From: Thraustochytrium aureum
Lineage: Eukaryota
Length of the DNA stretch: 37,080 nucleotides
Assembly (NCBI GenBank): GCA_012862495.1
Contig: BLSG01000213.1
Location: forward strand, 68,802 to 105,881
Reading direction: 5' to 3'
In this document: one piece after another, positions 30,184 to 37,080 of the stretch
Numbering within the stretch: position 1 is the first letter of the stretch
Layout: every line of letters starts with the position of its first letter
Translations under genes and position numbers: made by a program
Notes under the pieces: model-generated
Seen by the model: the letters and a program-made list of their open reading frames with translations, nothing else
What the model was told of the DNA's origin: nothing
Databases searched by the model: none

Positions 30184-32167
30184 TCACTTTTTGCGGCGAA
30201 GCTCGCGGCTCAGCGCCCTTTCGTACTTGCTTCGCACGATAACTTTCGAAACAACGTGAACGACCCCGTTGAGCGCGTAGTTGTCCGGGGCAATAACATT
30301 GCCGCGCACGAATTCGCCAAGGTTGATCCGCCCGTCCAGTGTTTTGATATCGCGGCGAAGCTGGACCTGCTCGCTGCTCATCACTTCCGTCCGCGAGACG
30401 TGGGAAAACACGATCCTTCTGACGATTCGCTTCAAGCGGTCCGTTGCGAGGAGGTCCGGCACGCTGGCGCCCAGCGAACTGGCCAGTGCAGCGAACGCGT
30501 CGTCGCTCGGAGCGAACACGGTGTAGGACGATTTCCCGGCGGTCGTGAAGAGGCCGACCAGGTCCAGCTCGACAAGGATCGACGTGAGGATGCTCACAGC
30601 CGGCGTCGACGTGGCGATGTCGGCGATCGTCACGAGCGGCAGGGAGGGCGGCACGAGGACCGCGTTGACAAGATGCACGACCCCGTTGGACGCTTCAATA
30701 TCCGCCGAGACTACAGAAGAAGCGCCGTTGATGACGACCCCGTTCGATGCGTCGATCGACAACGACTCCCCGCTGAGCGTGACTTCGGAGGCGCCGAGTT
30801 CGCTGGCCTTCTTGGCCCCGTCCAAAACGTGGTAGGTGAGGACCGTCTCCAGGAGCGACTTTGCGTACTTGGTATCGACGAGGAGGAAGTCGAGGACACC
30901 CTGGATAGCGGCAAACGCGGCATCCGTTGGCGCAAACACGGTGTATGTGTCGTCCGTTTCGTCGAGGTCATCGTCAAATTCAACAATGCGCGCCGCAGCG
31001 AGCAGCGTGGAGAGCCCGTCGCTCGAGGCAGCAATCTTGGCGATCGTGTTGTCGGCGCCGTCGGCGGGCGCAACAAGTGGGGACCCTTGGGCCTTGAGCG
31101 AATCGACGCGCCGCTTGATCCTGCTGGTGATAAAGCGGGGCTCGATCACGTGGTCGATCACGNNNNNNNNNNNNNNNNNNNNNNNNNNNNNNNNNNNNNN
31201 NNNNNNNNNNNNNNNNNNNNNNNNNNNNNNNNNNNNNNNNNNNNNNNNNNNNNNNNNNNNNNNNNNNNNNNNNNNCTCGATCACGTGGTCGATCACGTGG
31301 AGGATGCCATCGAGGGCTTCGTTGTCGACGTCGGCGCTGAGGGCTGGGGTGATTTCCCGCTGCACGCTCAGCCGGCAAAACAGGGTGCGCACGCTGCTCC
31401 GCCGGCTCAGGAGCGCCGCCTCGGTCGCCGCTTCGCCGCGGACGACGTGCGCGGCTAGGAGCAGCCTGAGCAGCTTGAGCAACGTGCGGTCCGTTGCCAG
31501 CGCCTCGAGCGTGAGGTCATAGTCGTCCAGGAACTGCTCGAAGGCCGCGTCAGATGGCGCGAAGACAGTGTACACCGTTCTCTTGGCGGGCTCGGTAAAG
31601 ATTTTTGGCCTGACCAGTGGCCCCGAGCGCGCTAAGGAGGATGTTCAGGCCCTTGTCGTTGGCGACCTGCGCGAGCGTTTGGGTCGGGAGGTTGGGCGGC
31701 ACAAGGACGGCGTCGATGACGTGCGCGACGCCGTTTCCCGTCAGCTGGTCCGCCTGGACCACGTTGCTGTTCCCGTTGATGACTGTGCCCGAGAAGCTCA
31801 GCGCGTTGCCGTTCACCGTCGGCTGCGAGGTTCCGAGTTGGTCAGAGGTGATAACGCCTGGACTCACGTGGTAGGTGAGAACGCGCGTGAGGAGCTCCTG
31901 GGAGTAGTCTTTGTCGACCAGGAGGAAGTCCACAATGTCTTGAATGTCGGCGAAGGCTTGGTTTGTCGGCGCAAACACAGTCAGGCTGGCCTGAGGGTCG
32001 GCTAGAGTGGGCACGAGCTCGGCGGCGGTCACGGCTGCAACGAGGGTCGAGAGGTCCGGGACGGCGAGGGCGAGGTCGACGATGGTCGCGGGCTCGTTTG
32101 CGGCAACGATGCCGGCGACGACCGCCGCGGCAGCGGTGTTAATGAGGGCTCGGCCGGCGAAGATCAT
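30184..32167 (-). CDS. Secreted fasciclin protein with four FAS1 domains (one apparent frameshift at 31602-31606)
   Basis: Signal-like MIFAGRALINTAAAAVVAGIVAA. Four H1 motifs (TVFAPTNQAF, TVFAPSDAAF, TVFAPTDAAF, TVFAPSDDAF) and four H2 motifs (NGVAHVIDAVL, DGILHVIDHVI, NGVVHLVNAVL, NGVVHVVSKVI). Removing one A joins QAK-IFTEPAKRTVYTVFAP. Confidence 0.92.
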
Positions 32168-32695
32168 CGTACGACTAGAAGGATACGCTTTGGCTGCTCT
32201 TTGCTCTGGTTTTTCGCGCGCGGGCGATGAGGGTTTGCTTGGCCCTGCTCGCGCGAGTGGAGGCTCGCTGAGTTGCTCGGCCGGCGCAGCCTGCGCAGCG
32301 CGCTTGGCCTCGTAGTGCAGTGCAGGGAGGAGGTCATGAATTGCGCGGAAGTCAGCCAGATTGCCGGTGGCGGGGATCATAGCCAGAGCTTCGCTTCGAC
32401 GTTCCTCCGCATCCCGCACAAGCACGCGCCTGCTGTTGGCCAATGCACTCGCTCTGCTGCTTGGGTTGCAACTTGAAGGCGGTACAGATCTTATTCCACA
32501 GTGGCACTCAACGCTGCTTCGCTGCTGCCCTACACCGGACCGGAGCCATGCTCTGCGAGCCCAAAATGCTGTTCTGGCACAACTCTGGCAACGCTCGGCC
32601 GCAAAAGGTCCGTGAGCTCTTGAACAAGTGGCAGCAAACGCAAATGCAACCGCAACCTGAAGTTGACCTTTGGTGGCATCTCATCCAAAGCGGGT

Positions 32696-32752
32696 TGAGG
32701 TTGCGCATGATGAGGTTGCGCATGATGAGGTTGGGCATGGTGAGGTTGGGCA
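32696..32752. repeat. 15-bp tandem repeat, about 3.5 copies
   Basis: tgaggttgcgcatga twice, then tgaggttgggcatgg and tgaggttgggca. Confidence 0.8.
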
Positions 32753-34599
32753 GGTGGCCACAAGAGTACGAGTACCTATCGCGGCACAAGGAATGCCTTC
32801 GCGCGTCGCTTTTGCTGCGCCGTCAGCCTCGGTGAGGCTCATTGGAACGAGAATATGCGCTCGCTTTTCGTGCAACCTCAATCAGCATGGACCGGCCTCC
32901 CCGCGCCTGCAAGTGCACAGATGCAGTAGAATGCGAACGACAAGAAGATGAGCGGCCTCGCGGCGCTTGCCTCGTGACGCGAGCCTTGTGGCGCCGCAAG
33001 CGCCGCAAGACCCTGAAGCCCTAGGCCTCATCGTCCCCGGACTGGCTCTCCACAACCTGCCCATTGCCGCCAGAGCCCAGCAGCAGGGCAGCGCCCCGAA
33101 TCGCCCCGTCAACGACAAGAACGACTCTCAGCCACAATCGAAACCCCCGCCCACCGGTGCGCACTCGTTCCGCTCACCATCCGCTGGAATCGTTTTCCTG
33201 CGATCAGTGAGCTGTTCATTCACAGCAGAACAAGTCTGTTGTTCATGACAAACGCAAGTGAATCTGCGAGCAGTACACGAGCAATACATGGTTCGTTTGT
33301 TTCTTCGAACATTGTCGAACAAAAGAAAGATCAACGTCTGGCTCGCATCATCAGAGAATGTTAGCAAGTAAGCAGAAGAGCAGGCCACGTCGGCGAGCGA
33401 GCTTCTGGTGGTCAACCAGGACCAGGCACCAGGCAAGGCAATTTTTGAATTTTTGAATTCATTCTCTCTTCATTTGATTGATCAAGAACAGAATCAAACA
33501 AGTTCAACAGTGTTGCCTCAAACTCACTCGTTATTTCAAACCCGGGCCGAACCTAACCCTGAGTCAGCCGTTTTGAAATGGCTACCGTTTTCCGTAGCAG
33601 GTGCTACAGGGTTGCGCGCGGCGTATCTGGGAGGTGCGAGGAGCGCCGGCCGCGCGTGGGGCTGCGGCAGACAGGCAGACCCCATTCGACGCGAGGCAAC
33701 GCAGAGNNNNNNNNNNNNNNNNNNNNNNNNNNNNNNNNNNNNNNNNNNNNNNNNNNNNNNNNNNNNNNNNNNNNNNNNNNNNNNNNNNNNNNNNNNNNNN
33801 NNNNNNNNNNNNNNNNNNNNNNNNNNNNNNNNNNNNNNNNNNNNNNNNNNNNNNNNNNNNNNNNNNNNNNNNNNNNNNNNNNNNNNNNNNNNNNNNNNNN
33901 NNNNNNNNNNNNNNNNNNNNNNNNNNNNNNNNNNNNNNNNNNNNNNNNNNNNNNNNNNNNNNNNNNNNNNNNNNNNNNNNNNNNNNNNNNNNNNNNNNNN
34001 NNNNNNNNNNNNNNNNNNNNNNNNNNNNNNNNNNNNNNNNNNNNNNNNNNNNNNNNNNNNNNNNNNNNNNNNNNNNNNNNNNNNNNNNNNNNNNNNNNNN
34101 NNNNNNNNNNNNNNNNNNNNNNNNNNNNNNNNNNNNNNNNNNNNNNNNNNNNNNNNNNNNNNNNNNNNNNNNNNNNNNNNNNNNNNNNNNNNNNNNNNNN
34201 NNNNNNNNNNNNNNNNNNNNNNNNNNNNNNNNNNNNNNNNNNNNNNNNNNNNNNNNNNNNNNNNNNNNNNNNNNNNNNNNNNNNNNNNNNNNNNNNNNNN
34301 NNNNNNNNNNNNNNNNNNNNNNNNNNNNNNNNNNNNNNNNNNNNNNNNNNNNNNNNNNNNNNNNNNNNNNNNNNNNNNNNNNNNNNNNNNNNNNNNNNNN
34401 NNNNNNNNNNNNNNNNNNNNNNNNNNNNNNNNNNNNNNNNNNNNNNNNNNNNNNNNNNNNNNNNNNNNGGGAGCGTGCGCGTGGCGGTTCTTGCCGGCAC
34501 AGGGAATGCAACGCGCATCGCCACCCCAGCTCGTCACGAGAGCGGCTGCCGCTTCCGCCCTCTTGTTGTTGTCCTTCTCGTCGCAAGGCCGCTCGGCCA

Positions 34600-35790
34600 T
34601 CACAAGCCGTCCAGCGGCAGTGGGTTGCTGAGGCGGTACTTGCGCACCATGGTGCTCTTCTCGCGCAAGAACGTGTCTTCCGTGGCCAGAGCGTCGCGAG
34701 CAGCGGCCACCCGCCGCTTGTACGCCTCAAGGCTGCTAGTCGCTTTAACGCGAAGATCGTGCTCGCGCTGCAACGCGGCCAGCAGCTCGCGCTCCCGCTT
34801 TTCGGATTGCTGCCTCAGCTCAAGCAGCTCGCGTGCTCGGCTCGCACTCGCCGAACGCTCCTTCGCAAGCTCTGCGCGCGCCACCTCGAGGTCGCCCTCA
34901 GTCGACCGAAGCTGATTATGCACTTGCTGGGCAAGCTCTCGCGCGCGATCCGCTTGCTCTCGCCAAGACGCACTCAGCCCTTCCACCTCCTCCACGCGCT
35001 GGTCAGCGCGGCGCGCGCGCACGAGGCCCTGCGATGCTCGCCCTAGCTGGTCGCGCCAGCTCGTGTTTTCCGCCTTGATCGACTTGACGAGGTTCTCCAA
35101 CTCGCCGCAATAGTGCTCGGTGAACCAGAGCTTGTGCGCCAGGCGGTCCGCCTCGTGCTCCTGGCGCAAGCTCGAGTCCTGCGCTGTCGTCCGCGGCTCC
35201 GTGGCTGGGGCCGCCTGGGCGGGCGATTCCACGTCGAGACTCAAGCCTGGGTCGCGGCGCCCCCAAGCGCGGCCCACGCCTGGAGCCTTGCTGTCGCCTG
35301 CTGCCAACTCGCGTTTTGCGCAAGCTGTGTCCTGGCAAGCTGGTGCTGCGCTCGACCTCGAGCGCGCCGACCTCGACGTGGAGAGCCACCTGATATACTC
35401 TGCAGAGCCCTTCTCAAGCGCCTCGTCCACGCTTGTCTCGAGCGCGGGCCGAGGCGGAACGGGCTGCCGTGCCACCCACGGGTGCCTGCGTCGCACGGCC
35501 CCTTTCGCCCGCAGAGGTGACAGGTTGGGCCCAAACTCCTCAGCGCAGACAAACTGCACCGCCGATCGCGGCCGCGCCAGCTTTGCGTTGAGTATCCTCG
35601 CAGCCGCATCCTCTTGCTGCCGTACACCAGCGCCGGACACGAGAGCGTCGACGGGGAGGAGTTGGGGCGCCTGTGTCGTCGAGACCGTGGCCGGCAGGTC
35701 ACCACCTTGAGGGTGGCTCCCAAACGCGCGGCGGACTGCAAGCTGCGATCCGGAGAGCTTCTCTGAGGATTGCCTGGCGCAGCCTTCCAT
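34600..35790 (-). CDS. Hypothetical protein with disordered N-terminus and C-terminal coiled coil (~396 aa)
   Basis: Uninterrupted ORF from ATG 35790 (MEGCARQ). Heptad-like E/R/L/A-rich C-terminal half (ELENLVKSIKAEN..LEVARAELAKER..RERELLAALQREHDLR). Confidence 0.7.
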   Translation of the reverse strand: MEGCARQSSEKLSGSQLAVRRAFGSHPQGGDLPATVSTTQAPQLLPVDALVSGAGVRQQEDAAARILNAKLARPRSAVQFVCAEEFGPNLSPLRAKGAVRRRHPWVARQPVPPRPALETSVDEALEKGSAEYIRWLSTSRSARSRSSAAPACQDTACAKRELAAGDSKAPGVGRAWGRRDPGLSLDVESPAQAAPATEPRTTAQDSSLRQEHEADRLAHKLWFTEHYCGELENLVKSIKAENTSWRDQLGRASQGLVRARRADQRVEEVEGLSASWREQADRARELAQQVHNQLRSTEGDLEVARAELAKERSASASRARELLELRQQSEKRERELLAALQREHDLRVKATSSLEAYKRRVAAARDALATEDTFLREKSTMVRKYRLSNPLPLDGL

Positions 35791-36243
35791 CCCGCGCGTC
35801 TTGCCGCGCGGGACCTGCCGGATGCGGGTCTGCACGCCGAGCCACGCGCAAAAAACCAACTCGCGATTGATTTCAAGAAACAACAAACCCGATTTCAACG
35901 GACCGCATTTCCTCTTTTCTGCAATGGCCCTCTACTTTTGCCAAACCTGCGATCGAGATCGGCCGCGATGCGCTGCGCGCGGTGCAGCATGGTGCAGCGA
36001 GGTATGGGATCGAGGAGCTCCGTGACGCAGGCAAGTTGCACTTTTTGCGTGGTGCGATGTGCAAACTTCATGTCATTTCCGCACGAAACGGGGTCTCCCT
36101 GGTGGCAGTGTTGCGCTCGAGAAGAATGAGGGACTAGAGCTTCCCGCGACGCGCGCCAGAACCCCCCCCCAACATTGCGTTTCTTGTCAAGTTGCTCTTG
36201 AAGTCGGGGGAAGGCCGGCAGCGCGCTGTGCGAGGCCCAACGC

Positions 36244-37080
36244 TCAGCGTCCGTTGCGCGCGGCGATCTCGTGCGCCATAGCGAGAAAAGCGTCGCCGTC
36301 CTCCAAGCCGGCCAGAAACCGCTGCGGGATGCCCGCCAGGCCCACCTCCGCAGCGACGAGCGCGCCGACAAGCGAGGTGCGAGCCACGTTCTGCCCGCCT
36401 GCGTTGAGGCTGTTGAGAACAGCAGTCTCAAAGTCGCGCGGCGACTTTGAGGCAACAAAGTAGGCGGACGGCAAGCACATAAACCAGGCGCAAGCCTGGC
36501 CGTAGAGCTGCACGCCGAGGTGTGCCGGCACATTTGCGCCAATGGCAGCGTCGTTCGCAGCGTGGAAGATGCTAGACACCATCAGCAAGCCATCAGGCTC
36601 GGCGAGCCCGTCCTCGTTGTCGCGGTCCCCGCGAAGGAAGGTGAATGGGAGCTGGCCCTCTTGCGCAGAAGTGTACAAGTAATCGCTGAGGTCCTCGTCC
36701 AGTGGGTGGCCGTTGATTATGGCCGCGATGACGCATCCAAAGCAGATCGACTGTGCGAGAACGCCAACGTCGCGATACTGCAGCAGCGTCTGCTCCCGGA
36801 TGACCTCGATCATCTTGGGCAGGTTGTCGTACCAGCGCGCGGCGCAAACCGCAGCTCTGATGATCGAGGTCGTCGTGTCGCCGGCCGGGCTTGCGGTCTC
36901 GGGGCCCCACGGCTTGCCGTCCATGACGCGGCGCTTGTAAACGTCGCAGGTGTCCTTTTCGGTCCAGCCCCAGCGGCCGCCCGTTCGCGTCCCGTCCACG
37001 CCTGGGCTGCGGAGCATGGCGTCGAACTGGTCGGTAAAGTGCTCTCTGTCCCAGCCCTCCGACGTTGCCAGCGTCCGCAC
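36244..37080 (-). CDS. ADP-ribosylglycohydrolase (ARH/DraG fold) family protein, SelJ/crystallin-J1-like branch; 5' part outside the window
   Basis: C-terminal signature LPSAYFVAS..DFETAVLNSLNAGGQNVARTSLVGALVAAEVGLAGIPQRFLAGLEDG. Central GDTTTSIIRAAVCAARW. The frame is open to the window edge. Confidence 0.85.
   Translation of the reverse strand: MRTLATSEGWDREHFTDQFDAMLRSPGVDGTRTGGRWGWTEKDTCDVYKRRVMDGKPWGPETASPAGDTTTSIIRAAVCAARWYDNLPKMIEVIREQTLLQYRDVGVLAQSICFGCVIAAIINGHPLDEDLSDYLYTSAQEGQLPFTFLRGDRDNEDGLAEPDGLLMVSSIFHAANDAAIGANVPAHLGVQLYGQACAWFMCLPSAYFVASKSPRDFETAVLNSLNAGGQNVARTSLVGALVAAEVGLAGIPQRFLAGLEDGDAFLAMAHEIAARNGR

Noticed and set aside
28319..30187. 622-aa antisense ORF and similar long antisense ORFs (30256-31458, 17339-18049)
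   Set aside because: These are shadow ORFs of GC3-rich real genes on the opposite strand.
5578..31606. Programmed ribosomal frameshifting (Euplotes-type) or a variant genetic code as the cause of the broken ORFs
   Set aside because: The sites lack a common slippery-plus-stop motif, shifts go in both directions, and genes end in ordinary stops. Sequencing error is simpler.
32168..32443. 92-aa N-terminal extension of the fasciclin ORF
   Set aside because: It begins at a non-ATG codon. The ATG at 32167 directly precedes a signal-peptide-like segment.
32443..33706. 130-aa plus ORF with an LRMMR repeat and neighbouring small ORFs
   Set aside because: The repeat peptide derives from a 15-bp minisatellite, and there is no other coding evidence.

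Overview
GC-rich, intron-poor eukaryotic nuclear scaffold with 11 N-gaps. It is not prokaryotic: it has spliceosomal GT-AG introns, FNTA, a RhoGEF and a DHX57-like helicase. The gene style suggests a stramenopile protist such as a labyrinthulomycete, but that is inference only. Genes in order: LigB/DODA-type extradiol dioxygenase (+), protein farnesyltransferase alpha (-), hypothetical protein (+), DGAT2-family acyltransferase (+), double PqiA-like membrane protein (-), Dispatched/Patched-like RND protein (-), START/SRPBCC-like protein (-), DH-PH RhoGEF (-), DHX57/YLR419W-like DEAH helicase (+), four-FAS1 fasciclin (-), coiled-coil protein (-) and a partial ADP-ribosylglycohydrolase/SelJ-like protein (-). 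Seven of these genes are broken by small indels, mostly in homopolymers, most likely sequencing error. Intergenic DNA carries many short 2-3 copy tandem duplications. I saw no CRISPR array, rRNA, tRNA or recognisable mobile element. The best leads are the eukaryotic double-PqiA protein, its run of lipid-handling neighbours, a GxxxND variant of the Dispatched TM4 motif, and a C2H2 finger in the helicase. All family calls come from visual motif recognition; no searches were run.
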